Source of the DNA: Octopus vulgaris
Lineage: Eukaryota
DNA length: 64,000 bases
Direction: 5' to 3'
NCBI GenBank assembly: GCA_951406725.2
Contig: OX597822.1
Coordinates: forward strand, 37,944,001 to 38,008,000
This document shows positions 41,806 to 56,439 of the stretch, piece by piece. The notes beneath the pieces are model-generated. The model was not told where the DNA came from. It did no database searches and worked only from the letters and a program-made list of their open reading frames with translations. The position numbers were made by a program, and so were the translations under genes. Positions within the stretch are counted from its first letter, which is position 1. Each line of letters begins with the position of its first letter.

Positions 41806-42991
41806 GGTATTCCAGCTATGACCATCCTATCGTTTCCTTATGAGTAGGAAACTCAGGAAGACAGTATCCAATGAGTCCTTTTACAAATCAGCAGGTAGTG
41901 GTTCCAAAGAGATTCTGGCTGCTATTTCTAGTTTGTCGAGTGACAACATACAGCCTTTCTGTTTTCCTTAAACATTTTTATTTCGTCTCATACGCTTGGT
42001 TGATCAAGAGTGGTGTGCACTCGTTCAATTTTTGAACCAATGCAGCAGAGATTTAGGGTCTTGTTCAATCGTTTGAAGCATTTCATATTTTCACCAAATT
42101 ACTTTTAAAAAATGTAGTTTGTAAGTTGATGATGAACATCAATCACATTCATTTTTGTCTTGAAAGTTACATCAGTGGAGAAATTGAAAAAAAAAATCTG
42201 GGGAATATTTGAAACGCTTCAAGTGGTTGAAAGAAATTTAACAAGATCCGAGGTTAGATCTGCTAGGGTACATCCTACTGAAACTAAAACAGAGGGAAGC
42301 CATACTTTCCTATGTGAGTCACCTCTGACAGTATGGCGGAGATCTCGGCATCGAAAGATGTTCAGTAACCTAATGAGGGGACATGAATTGGTAACTGGTG
42401 CACACATTATCAGAGACACATTAACAAAACAAACATTATCAGTGACAAAGAGGGTCGGGTTCCTGCTCGGTACTTGGACAGGCGAATCCACAATAAAACC
42501 TGTGTGTTGCAGGAACTGTTGCAGATTCGTGTTTCAGATACTGTTGCAAATGCGTCTTTCTTTTCACTCCATTTTTTATCTCTCCGCATCTCTCTTCTCC
42601 CCTCATTTCTTTCTGCAACAGAACGTAGACCCGAAACGTCAAAGACATCTTCCATTTTTCTTGAGCGTGAAACTAATACACCCTGTTTGTTGTTTCCTCA
42701 TCTGGGTCTGCATTTTTTTTTATTATTTGAATAATTTCAAACCAGAGACATACATACATACATACATACATACATACATACATACATACATACATACATA
42801 CATACATACATGTGTATATACATACATGCATATATATATATATATATATATATATACCCGCAAACACACACACACATTCATGTATGTATATATATATATA
42901 TATACATAAATGCATATGTCGTACATAAAATACTCACACACGTGTGTGTGTTTGTGTGTATGTATATATATATAAATATATATATATATGC

Positions 42992-43040
<49 letters not shown>

Positions 43041-43075
43041 CTGTATATAACAGATACGTGATATGTATGTGTGTG

Positions 43076-43181
<106 letters not shown>

Positions 43182-43386
43182 GATTATATACACATATAAA
43201 TATTTATATATATATGATGTACATATATATATATATATATACACATATACTTACACACACACAAATATATATATATATGATATACATATATATATTATAT
43301 CATATATATCATATATATATATATATATTATACATATATATAAACAAACAAATATGTATGTAATATATATATATATACATATAATA

Positions 43387-43419
<33 letters not shown>

Positions 43420-43724
43420 TTGTATACACATATTTGATGCTGAATATCGAAAAAAAGAACTGAATGTTATAGTAAAGATTAATAATATTTATTTATTTTG
43501 ATGGTGTGTGTCTCTGGTTACCCATGAATTTCGTCCGTGGGTTCACAGGATCATGAGACAAAACTCCAGAGTAGCAAGAAACTGACTCTCCCCCAGTAAA
43601 AATACCCATCCATCCATCCATCCATCCATCCATCCATACATACATACATACATACATACATACATACATACATACATACATACATACATACAGACGTATT
43701 TTAATACATACATATATGCATAAA

Positions 43725-43895
43725 TATGTTGGTCTGTTTACGCACCCGCAACTTAGCGGTTCGGCAAAAGAAATCAATAGAATAAGTACTAGGCTTACAA
43801 AGAATAAGTCCTGGGGTCGATTTGTTCGACTAAAGGCGGTGCTCCAGCATGGCCGAAGTCAAATGACTGAAACAAGTAAAAGAATAAAATAATAA
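43725..43895 (+). mobile_element. SINE A 3' half
   Basis: AACTTAGCGGTTCGGCAAAAG...GAAACAAGTAAAAG. Confidence 0.85.
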
Positions 43896-43932
43896 AAGAA
43901 GCACACACACACACACACACATATATATATGT

Positions 43933-44135
43933 AGTTAGAATTCACAAAAAAAAACCCAAAAGACGAAGATAGGTGGTGTAGACAACAAACAGATGTATTA
44001 GTATAACGGTCGGGAAGTGAAAAAGTCTTTAACGTTTCGAGCCTACGCTCTTCCACAGAAAGGAACACAGAAAGAAATAAGGAGAGAAAATAAAGAATGT
44101 GTAGTGGCTAGCGATCTATCATGGCGAATAGGTGT
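43933..44135 (-). mobile_element. Short Penelope-like terminal element with variant hammerhead (44027-44062)
   Basis: The - strand reads CUUU CUGUGGA A GAGC GUAG GCUC GAAACGUU AAAG. Confidence 0.65.
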
Positions 44136-44713
44136 ACGATGACCTTTTGTACAGTTTCTCTTCATTTGAATTCTATTTTGAAAATATACAGAAACAAACT
44201 AAAGAACTCAATTTGAGTCAACACATTTTAATTTCGAAGATGTTGCACAAGTTGTTCAGGGTCTCGTATTGCATCTGTGGGATCAAAAACCTGATTCCCT
44301 CTATATCCACTCAAGTGCTTTTAGGTTCAGAATTACACACACAAACACGCACATACATATATATATATACACACTTTTTGCATCGGTATGCATATATACA
44401 TACCTACATACATACAAATATATATATATAAATATATGTATGTATACACACACACACATATATATATACGTACATAAATATATACACACATACATGCATG
44501 CATACATACGTACTACATACATATACAGATGTACATATGTATGTATGTTTATATATATATATACATATATATATATATTCATGTGTGTGTATGTGTGTTC
44601 ATGTATCATATTCTATAATATTATATGTTATATTATATTATATTATATTATATTATATTATATTATATTATATTATATTATATTATATTATATTATATTA
44701 TATTATATTATAT

Positions 44714-44780
<67 letters not shown>

Positions 44781-45252
44781 AATATTATATAGACATATTT
44801 TCTGGCACATATGTAAAATTTTTCTAACGAATATTTACAGTCGAAAATGGTAGGTCGACTAATGCACCAAGACGACCTTTGAGGACCGAAAATTCCCTGT
44901 GAAGAGTAGACATATTTGAAAAGATAGGGACGTTGTTTGAATGTTTACACTACGTGTTTACACATTATATTTCTTTGGTCTCTATGCCGGAAAAAAAAAC
45001 GGAATATTACAATCATTTAACTCTCCTTTACAGTAGTAACTACTCCGCAAACATTAATAAAAAATATATCGAAAAGCCCAAAATACAGAGTTTTTGTATG
45101 TACGTATGTATGTATGTAAGTATGTATGTATAGGTGTATATATCTATGTATGTACGTATAGATAGATTGCTGCACGGACGTATGCATGTAATTATGAATG
45201 TATGATCTACGTATATGTAAACTTCCGTTCTGTACGTATATGTAATATATAT

Positions 45253-45347
<95 letters not shown>

Positions 45348-45436
45348 TGTATGTATTTATGTATGTAAGTATATATATATCTATATCTATATCTATATAT
45401 ATTTATATATATATGAATGTATGTGTATATATATAT

Positions 45437-45498
<62 letters not shown>

Positions 45499-45694
45499 AT
45501 ATATATGTATGTGTATGTGTGTGTGTATATATATATATATACATATATATGTATATATGTACACACATCTATCTATCTATCTATTTATCTATCTATATAT
45601 ATATATATATATTATTATTATTAATTTGCTTGTACGGCTAATAATTTGCTTACCACTTGTGATGGCATTATAATAATACCATCCCTATATATAT

Positions 45695-45781
<87 letters not shown>

Positions 45782-45783
<2 letters not shown>

Positions 45784-46012
45784 GAGGTCAGGAGTCACCG
45801 GACAGTAAATCGAAATTCCATAACTACTATCTGTAATTCTCTATTGACTCGAATGGGAAAATATGTCGCTCAAGAAGGAATTCAGTTTGAACAATTTTTA
45901 CGTTTCATATTTAGTTGCCTTTAGTAAATTCATTCAGATATCAAATATAAATAAATCTTCGAATTAAAGGGTTTTGATTTACTGTCAGGTAACTTTTGGC
46001 CAGCCAGCCCTG
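45782..46012. mobile_element. Tc1/mariner-type MITE
   Basis: Inverted termini AGTCACCGGACAGTAAATCGAAA and TTTTGATTTACTGTCAGGTAACT, with CAG...CTG ends. Confidence 0.65.
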
Positions 46013-46018
46013 TGTATG

Positions 46019-46125
<107 letters not shown>

Positions 46126-46145
46126 GTATATATATATTATCTATC

Positions 46146-46193
<48 letters not shown>

Positions 46194-46562
46194 CATATAT
46201 ATATACATACATACACGTATATATAAACATGCATATATATATGTAGATATTGTATATATACGGTTCTAATATACTCTTCTGTGTTTTTATCATCTTTCCT
46301 CTTTCCCTCACTATTTTGTATAACATATCGAAGGGTATTTCTTTTTTTTAATTTGAAGTAATATAATAAAATGGTGTTTGTTTGAAATATAAATTTAAGA
46401 TTAAAAATTGGTGCTTTTGATGAGAGTCTTTAAATCCATATATACTTCCTTGGTTATTCTTCTGCAATAATTCTTAATATTCATATGTAAAATCCGTTAT
46501 ATCATCTTGTATTCCAAATATAGTTCATATAGTTAGTTTAGAAATATTAAATTTGTGTATAT

Positions 46563-46645
<83 letters not shown>

Positions 46646-46970
46646 AAATATATACGTATTCATATAAGAGTATATTTTAAGAGTATAAAATATGTAAAAT
46701 AATTCGGGAGTATAACATACTATATGAATGCATACATAAGTTTAACCGTACACATTCACAAACGTAAGGATATGAATGTATATATACACGGAGGGAATAC
46801 ATCCATACATCGGCAGATGCACAAACACTCGCGCACAAATACACTCACACACTCACACACATGCATTTATGTGTATGCATGTGTGTGTAAGAATATATAT
46901 ACATATATACATACACACACACACACACATATATGTACATATATACAAGTTAGTGTGTGAGAAAATATAT

Positions 46971-47051
<81 letters not shown>

Positions 47052-47321
47052 GTCAGTAGTCAGCGGTTTGCTCTCCAACCATATTGCTCCGGGTTCAGTA
47101 CCACTGCGTGGTGCCTTGGACAAGTGTTTCTACTATAACCTCGGGCCGACCAGCGTCCATCATCTATACACATACACACACGTGTGTAAATATGTATTTA
47201 TGTGTGTTTATGTGTGTGTGTACACACACACATGCACACGTACACACACACACACATATATATATTTATATATACACATAAGTACATATATGTATATATA
47301 TATATAAATACACATATGTAC

Positions 47322-47352
<31 letters not shown>

Positions 47353-47776
47353 CATGTTCAAAATTCTTTGTTTCTAGGTCATAAAACAGCTACATACATA
47401 CATATATACATATATACATACATACACATAGATGCATGCATACATACGTAAATACATAAACTCATACATAAATACACACATGCATATATACATACACACA
47501 TACATACATACATTCATGCATGCATACATACATACACACATAAATACATACATTAATGCATACATACTTACATATATACATTCATGCATACACACATACA
47601 TACACGCATACATACATACATTCGTACGTGCATGCATACATACATACATACATACATACATACGTACGTATGTACATACATACACACATACATACATATA
47701 TAGATACATACGCATATGCCCGCATTCCCATATACGTACCGAAATATAAACATGGCTACATGCCTAAATAAATACA

Positions 47777-47842
<66 letters not shown>

Positions 47843-48449
47843 ATATATATTAGTATATGAATACATGCATACATACACTGCTAAATGCATACATATATAC
47901 ATATATTCATACAGACAAACACATTTAAATGTATACATATATATATACATACATTCATACATTCATACATATGGATGGTTCTACGTGCGAACGTAGATAT
48001 ATGCAAGTATTCATATCTGCAAATGTTTGTATATATAAACACGCACAAATATACTCATATGTCCACTTACATGCACACACAAAGATGTAAATATATAATA
48101 TGCATATGGATGTACACATTCATAAATATATACATGAATACACAGATATGCATACATTCATGCACACATACACTCATAAATATTTACATACATGCATACG
48201 TATATACATATGAAGGATGTCCATAAATTACCTTTAAAATTTAGAAAAATTCAGAAAAATATTTTTAAAAAGTAAAGACAACTCAACATTGTTTATTGGA
48301 AAACATGAGTAAAGAAATAACGTTTTAAGAAAAACATTCAGCGCACGTCCACCTGAGATCCATTGGTTGTATGCAACACAACTAGAACATAAATTGACGC
48401 AGTTATAAAGATAATTCATGAACTCTCAGTATATATATATATAATATTC

Positions 48450-48625
48450 TTTTATTCTTTTACTTGTTTCAGTAATTGTACTGCGGCCATGCTGGAGCAC
48501 CGTCTTGAGTCGAGCAAATCGACCCCAGGGCTTATTCTTTGTAATCCTAGTACTTAGTCTATCGGTGTCTTTTGCCGAACCACACACCAGCATCGGTTGT
48601 CAAGCGATGTTGGGGGGTGACAAAC
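48450..48625 (-). mobile_element. SINE A 3' half
   Basis: TTTACTTGTTTCAG...CATCGGTTGTCAAGCG. Confidence 0.85.
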
Positions 48626-48662
48626 ACATACACACACACACATATATATTTACATAAATTCT

Positions 48663-48696
<34 letters not shown>

Positions 48697-48742
48697 TACA
48701 CACACATATATTTATATAAATTCCTATATATATATACATATA

Positions 48743-48790
<48 letters not shown>

Positions 48791-48803
48791 GTATGTGTAT
48801 ATA

Positions 48804-48884
<81 letters not shown>

Positions 48885-48930
48885 TTATGTAAATATATAT
48901 ATGCGTATGTATATAATTTATGTTTGTATG

Positions 48931-48961
<31 letters not shown>

Positions 48962-49159
48962 ATGAATGTATACGTATATATATAAGAATTTATGTAAATA
49001 TATATACGTGTATATGTAGAATTTGTTTGTATATATGTGTGTGTGTATATGTGTGTGTGTTTGTGCGTGCGTGTGCGTACATACACGTACAAAAATTCAT
49101 ATATATAGACACATATATATGTATATGTACACACACAAAAATATTCCTTTATATATCTA

Positions 49160-49510
49160 TCATCTTTTATTTGTTTTAGTCATTAGATTGTGGCCATGCT
49201 GGCGCACTGCTTTGAATTTTTTAGTCGAATGAATGAATCGACCCTTTTTTTTAAGGCCTGGTACATGTTCTATTGGATTTTTTTTTTTTTTGCTGAACAG
49301 CTGGGTTACGGGGACGTGAACACACCAACACCGGTTGTCAAGTGGTGATGGGTGGGGAACAAGCATAAACACAGGTTTACGTCTACCATATCCACTCACA
49401 AGGCTTTGGTCAGCTCAAGGCTATAGTAGAAGATACTTGCCCTATGTGTGACGCACTGGGTCTAAACCCGGAACCTTGTGGTTGGGAAGCAAGCTTCTTA
49501 CCACGGCTAT
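49160..49510 (-). mobile_element. SINE A, diverged
   Basis: Both halves are present, and the internal microsatellite is deleted. Confidence 0.8.
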
Positions 49511-49514
49511 ATGC

Positions 49515-49573
<59 letters not shown>

Positions 49574-49649
49574 TGTGTGTTTGTTTTTTGTGTGTATATG
49601 TATATATATATATATGTGTGTGTATATATATACATATATATATATATCA

Positions 49650-49936
49650 CGTGATCACGTGACCGACCAGACCATCAGATGTTGCTACATATCGCTGGTC
49701 ACAATGTGTTTGCATTGTTTTAGCCTTCGAACGACGCCACCCCGCTGGCTAAGCGAGCAGGCCAACAGAAGAAAGAGTGGGAGAAAGAGTGGTGAAAGAG
49801 TACAGCAGGGATCACCACCCCCTGCCGGAGCCTCGTGGAGCTATTTTAGGTGTTTTTCGCTCAATAAACACACACAACGCCCGGTCTGGGAATCGAAGCC
49901 GCGATCCTCCGACCGCGAGTCCGCTGCCCTAACCAC
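49650..49936 (-). mobile_element. SINE C-related (different tail)
   Basis: The head GTGGTTAGGGCAGCGGACTCGCGGTCGGAGGATCGCGG is shared with 56055-56360. Confidence 0.75.
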
Positions 49937-49979
49937 ACACATATATATATATAAAAATACATATATATATATATACATA

Positions 49980-50045
<66 letters not shown>

Positions 50046-50129
50046 TACAATATGTTACATTACTCGGTAGTCAAGATAAAACTCTGAGTTTCAGATGCCG
50101 AAGTGGAAATAAAATATACACCTATCACC

Positions 50130-50824
50130 AGCCCAACAATAAGGAAAAGGAATAATAGAAATAGGAAGGTCATCTGGTTTACTCACCCGAGGTGGCCTTC
50201 AATATAGGTAAATATTTCCTAGCACTGATAGATAGACATTTTCCAGTTAACCATGCTTATAGGAAACTCTTCAATAGACACAATTTAAAAATTAGTTTTA
50301 GTTCAACTACCAATTTTAAAAACATAATCAATCATAACATACAAAAAACACAAGAAGAAAACAGCTGTTCATGCAGGAATAAAGAATTGTGCCCGCTAAA
50401 TGGAGCTTGCATGTCCAAGACCATCATATATGAAGCTACCGTAAACTCTATAACCACTAAAGACACCGTTTCGACGAAGAAATACGTGGGCCTGACAGAG
50501 GGTAATTTCAAGGCCAGGTTCAATAACCACACTTTGAGCTTTAGGCACTGGAACAAAAGAAAAGCGACACAATTATCCAATCATATTTGGTCTTTAAGAG
50601 ATAAAGGTGTCGATTATAACATACAATGGAAGATTTTGGCCTGATGTAAGCCCTATACTAACGGCAGCGGAAGGTGCGGTTTATGCGACATGGAGAGATG
50701 GCTTATCTGGAAAAGCAGCTTAGACCCTACCACATGTCTAAATACAAGGACAGAGCTTTTCGGATCATGCCCACATGTGACTAAATTTCTGTTACGTTTT
50801 TGGTCCCCTAAAGAAAACGGATAG
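50130..50824 (+). pseudogene. Penelope-like GIY-YIG endonuclease domain
   Basis: RKVIWF, CSCRNKELCPLNGAC, IIYEATV, YVGLTEGNFKARFNNH, WKIL, CGLCDME and CLNTRTELFGSCPH. One frameshift near 50190 and an in-frame TGA at 50642. Confidence 0.85.
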
Positions 50825-51018
50825 AACATGCTTTCTGTGTTATGTCCCAAGAAGATTTTATATATTTTTATATATTTTTATATATTTTTATGTATTTTTA
50901 TATAATTTTTATGACGAAAAATGCGAGCGATGTATAAGTACGCAGGCAAAGCAGAGTTATAACAGAGTAATTTCCCTTCATTTTTAACGGTATTTTTTCA
51001 TAACGTTTTCAAATAGCC

Positions 51019-51081
51019 AGATAACCGAAGAGATGGTGTTGTGGATTTCCACTTCGGCATCTGAAACTCAGAGTTTTATCT
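51019..51081 (+). ncRNA. Hammerhead-like motif in the PLE 3' pLTR
   Basis: AGAUAA CCGAAGA GAUG...CAUCU GAA ACUC A GAGU U UUAUCU. Stem I AGAUAA/UUAUCU, stem III ACUC/GAGU. The core has a U4C change. Confidence 0.65.
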
Positions 51082-51274
51082 TGACTACCGAGTAATGTAA
51101 CATATTGTATAGATAAATTTCCTCTATTTACATAATAGGATTTCCACTTCGGCATCTGAAACTCAGAGTTTTATCTTGACTACCGAGTAATGTAACATAT
51201 TGTATAGATAAATTTCCTCTATTTACATAATATTGAGGTCTCTTTCTTTCTTTTGTTATCTTACCGTTTTATCA

Positions 51275-51359
<85 letters not shown>

Positions 51360-51505
51360 TGCATATATGGGTACAGAACATAACCAACAGTAAACAACAT
51401 GCAATACAAAAACAAATGGGTTCAATACGCAAATATCGAGAGAAACAAATGGAAAACAGGACAAGTAAAACAAAGAACGACCCTTCATCAGTTGTCGGCT
51501 GTCTA

Positions 51506-51563
<58 letters not shown>

Positions 51564-51913
51564 TACTATTATTATTTACAATGATATACGTAGTATACGT
51601 AAGTAAAAATACCCTGAGGTAAAAATATTATTAATTAATAATTAAAGGTGCTATAAGTAGCACCGGCACGCTAAAAAAACACATTAATTGAAGGCAGAAG
51701 AATGAGCAAAATTGCTAAGTCCCAGTACCAATAACGAAAAGAATCGTAAATTGATTTCGTTATTGGTACGGAGGTTTAGAAATTGTGGTCATACCCCCAT
51801 CTTCAATTGCTGTGTATCAGTGAAAATTTGTGGTTTTAGTTGTCATCTAACTGTTATTTTTAGCGTGCCGGTCCCACCTGTAGTACCCTTAATCATTAAT
51901 ACATACATACATA

Positions 51914-51973
<60 letters not shown>

Positions 51974-51974
<1 letters not shown>

Positions 51975-53225
51975 TGAATCATCCCATAAATAATGCACTT
52001 TTTTATACTTGTTTTATTTTTCAAAATTAAGATAAAGTTCTTTCTTAATCTGAAATATACTCTCCTTTATTTTCTACAATGATCTTCCATCTATCTTTTA
52101 GACTTTCAAGGCCCCTGTTCCAAAATTCACCCGTCCGTGACGAAAAATACTCCTCCAGTACTGTCCTGACCGTGTCTACAGAATTTACTTTTTCCCATGG
52201 AAATGATTCTGAAGACTGCTGAATAACTGATAATCAGACGGGACAATGTCCAGCGAATATGGTGGGTGGGGCTTCATTTCCCATTCAAACTGCTCCACGC
52301 AGTATGTGGCTGAGCATTATCCTGATGGAAGAACAGCTACCGTCTTGAAACGAAAGATGGTCGTTTTTCTTCTGGCGCTGACTGAAGCCGCTCAAGCTGC
52401 TCGCAGTAGATCTCATTGTTATCGTTTGGTTTGGGTTTAAAAGTTCCAAGTGGACTAAACCTTTCATATCCCACCAAACAGATAACATCTTACGTGGGTG
52501 AAGACCTTTTTTAACCTGGGGTGCAGGTGTTTCTCTATTCACTGTCTTCGGCGCTGACATTTTTATAGAGAACCCATTTCTCGTCACTAGTCACTATTCG
52601 GTCCAAAAAAAAAGGTTCATTCGTGAGACGTGATAGCAAAGACTAACACACATTCACTCTGCGTGCGATTAGACTCGGAAAGTTGGTGAGGAACCCATTG
52701 ACCCAATTTGCTGACTTTTCCGATGGCGCGCAGGTGTCGATGAATGGTTGAATGACCAAATCCAAGTTTCTCTGAAAGTTCCTCAGCAGTTATGATGGGT
52801 TTTTGTTCCACCAGAGTTTGTAGAACATTCTCGTCGAGCTCTGCATATCTTCTAGGACGAAGCTCGTCTTCTAGGCTAGTAGTTTCCGACTCGGAATTTC
52901 TGGGAGCAGAGTTGACACTAGCTTACCCTAATTGTCCGATCCCCATAGACTGCAGTAATATTCCAAGCACTTTCCTTTGCATCGTTGCTTTCATTGAACT
53001 TATAAAGCAAAATATGCCGAATATGATGCTTTGTCACTTCCATTATGGCTTTGAAATAATAACTGTTAAAATCGAACTGCACTCTTCAAAACTTGCACTA
53101 AGAATAAAGACAAGGTAAAATTACTACCTGCTTTCATAGCAAGTTGATGCAGGTAGTTTATCCCGGCCCCCTCCGACTTTTACTTCATGCAATTGAAAAA
53201 CCGCATTATTTATGGGGTGACACAA
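51974..53225 (-). mobile_element. mariner (DD34D) transposon, decayed
   Basis: TIRs CTGAATCATCCCATAAATAATGC and GCATTATTTATGGGGTGACACAA with TA flanks. Confidence 0.9.
52020..53043 (-). pseudogene. mariner transposase pseudogene
   Basis: MEVTKHHIRHILLYKF..., STIHRHLRAIGKVSKLGQWVPHQL (WVPHEL motif), MLSVWWDMKG and PPYSLDIVPSDY (YSPDLAPSD motif). Frameshifts present. Confidence 0.85.
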
Positions 53226-53878
53226 TATATATAAATATGTATATATATATGTGTGTGCATATATATATATATATATATACACATATACTTATGTATACAT
53301 ATTTTACACAAATCTGTCTCCCTTGCTCTCTCCTCGCTCTGTGTGTGTGTCCGTGAATCTCTGGCTGTGAATGTGTGTGTGTGTGTTTCTATGTATATGC
53401 ATATAAACACACACACAGTGGCAGACAGACTGAGAGATGGACTGATTAGTAGGTATAGAAATATTTACAGTTATGTGTGTGAATGTGTAGATGTGCGGTA
53501 GTGTGTATGTGTTTGTGTGTTAATATGATTTAGTGTATATACATTGTCACTGTCTGTATTGTTTATCTTATTAATCCTCTACACCGTAGGCTAGCGGTTC
53601 GACACGTGGAGAACGATAGTGACTATATCGTATACTGAAAATGCTGGGAGGGTTTATAAGATCAACGAAACCCTTGAAAGCGGTACACCAGCATGGCCAC
53701 GGTCCAATACCTGTAAGCAGTAAAATGTAAAAGTGTTTACAAGCATAAATACAATATATACATACACACATACATATATATACATATATATATATATATA
53801 TACATACACACATATATATATATATATATATACATACATATATATATATATAATATACATACATGCATATATATATAC

Positions 53879-53920
<42 letters not shown>

Positions 53921-54070
53921 GCGTACATACACATATATATTCAAATATATATGTATATTTATTCTTATGTATGTTATATGTGTTTTATATGTATATATAT
54001 ATATATATACTTGCATATATACTTGTATGTATATATATACATATGTGTTTACATAAATGTATGTATACAC

Positions 54071-54137
<67 letters not shown>

Positions 54138-54723
54138 CACATATATATATACATATATATATACATATATATATATATATATGTAAATGTACGTATGTAT
54201 GCATGCATGTACGTATAGATAGATAGACAAATAGATAAATAGAGACACAGACATGGATCCATACAACCATACGTACAAGCACGAGCATAGATACATACAC
54301 ACACATACACATGCATATGCATGTACGCATACAACCACATATCCAAACATATGCATAAATGCACGCAATGCTGCATGCTAAACATGCACTCAGCCTGACA
54401 CCGTATCGATACACGTATGAACATATATGCCGTCATATGCCGTCTCATTTAATGCATGTTATAATCCATGTACAACATATTCAACTTCCTAAGTCTTCAC
54501 GTCTGTCACATGTAGTAAACATGCATGGACATGTTGGACACGTGACTACATGTCATATTTATATTATTCATGTTAACATTATTATCTATTGTACGTCTCT
54601 GCAGCACGCCTTGCCATTGTTTGCTCTGCATCATGTTCCACGGATATGAACCCGTTTGTAGATGCGTGTTTGTGTGTTTGTGTGCGTGTGCGCGCCTATA
54701 TGTGTGTATGTCTGTGCGTCAAA

Positions 54724-54759
<36 letters not shown>

Positions 54760-54784
54760 CATTAAAATCATTAAAAATGTTTTA

Positions 54785-54879
54785 GCCCAAAGGCCGCGGC
54801 CATGCTGGGGCACCACCGCTGAATGAGCTACACTAATTTGTGAATCCACCTCTGATATATATATATGTGTGTGTGTGTA

Positions 54880-54929
<50 letters not shown>

Positions 54930-55150
54930 TATATAACGTCTTATTTTTTTACTTGTTTCAATCACTGGACTGCGTCCATGCTGGGGCACCGCACCCGACG
55001 GTTTACTCGAGCGAATAAGCAAGCCCCTGGGCATGTGTTTTTAAAGCCGTATCCTAACTCAATTTGTTACTTGTGTCAAATCGCCAAATTACGGGGATGT
55101 AAACAAACCAACACTCGTTGTCAAGCGGTGGTGGAGGAGAAACACAAGCA
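54785..55150 (-). mobile_element. SINE A 3' halves, diverged
   Basis: (G/T)CCATGCTGGGGCACC occurs twice; TTACGGGGATGTAAAC...GTTGTCAAGCGG follows. Confidence 0.7.
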
Positions 55151-55180
55151 TAAAGACACACACACGCATAGACATATAAG

Positions 55181-55272
<92 letters not shown>

Positions 55273-55480
55273 TAAATATAAGAGAGTGGTCATATATATA
55301 TATATATATATATATACACGTATATATATATACACGTATATATATATATATATATATACATACATATATATAAATATATATATATACGCACACACACATA
55401 TTTATATATGTATATATGTGTCCGTGTATATATATGTATATATATATATGTGTGTGTGTATATATCTATATATCTATCTA

Positions 55481-55754
<274 letters not shown>

Positions 55755-55764
55755 GCTTTGTGGA

Positions 55765-55915
55765 AGCGTGTGGCTTCTTTCAGTTTCCATTTACCAAATC
55801 CTTTCACAAGGATTTTATCGTCCCGGGTCTTTACCAGAAGACACTAGCCCAAGTTGCCACGCAGTGGGACTGAACCCGGATCCATGTGGCTTAAGAGAAA
55901 ACATCTTACCACACA
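55765..55915 (-). mobile_element. SINE A head half
   Basis: GCTTCTTTCAGTTTCC...GCAGTGGGACTGAACCCGG. Confidence 0.8.
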
Positions 55916-56054
55916 ATCATCTACTTTATTATTGTCTATATTGCCTCACACTCGCACAAGCTCTCACCTCCTCATATACAGGCTTTCATACTGATCACCT
56001 AACAAATGTATATACAATTACACCAGTTCACTCTGCCTAAACCTGCTTTGTGTG

Positions 56055-56360
56055 GAGACGCAATGGCCCAGTGGTTAGTGAAGCGGACTCGCGGTCGGAG
56101 GATCGCGGTTTCGATTCCCAGACCGGTCGTTGTGTGTGTTTATTGAGCGAAAACACCTAAATAAAAAGCTCCGCGAGGCTCCGGCAGGGGGAGGCGACCC
56201 TTATAGTACTCTTTTGCCACAACTTTCTCTCACTCTCTCTTCCTGTTTCTTGAGTAACGCTGCGATGAACTGGCGTCCCGTCCAGCTGGGGTGGGGGGAA
56301 CACATACGCCACAGAAACCGGGAAACCGGGTCCGTGAGCCTGGCTAGGCTTGAAAAGGGC
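56055..56360 (+). mobile_element. SINE C-related
   Basis: A box TGGCCCAGTGG and B box GGTTTCGATTCC. Confidence 0.8.
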
Positions 56361-56439
56361 GAGAAAAAAACCTTGTTTGTTGTACAGATGTGGTCATATA
56401 TTTGCATCAGCATATACGCCACTTCCTTCCGCCATAATT

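Larger units (their letters stand above)
50041..51280 (+). mobile_element. 5'-truncated Penelope-like element with inverted 5' pLTR piece and tandem 3' pLTR
   Basis: 50041-50110 is the reverse complement of about 51045-51115. The same block recurs in tandem at about 51138-51230. A GIY-YIG ORF lies between. Embedded in (TA)n on both sides. Confidence 0.85.

Noticed and set aside
42160-42560. 249-aa ORF start with Cys cluster as a host exon
   Set aside because: No clear splice signals or domain. It looks at best like a highly decayed PLE endonuclease region upstream of a PLE-type end.
50642-50644. In-frame TGA in the PLE ORF as selenocysteine (reported for Naiad-type PLEs)
   Set aside because: The position is not an evident conserved Cys (WKILA*CKPY). 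CGA>TGA CpG decay is simpler, and the copy also has a frameshift.
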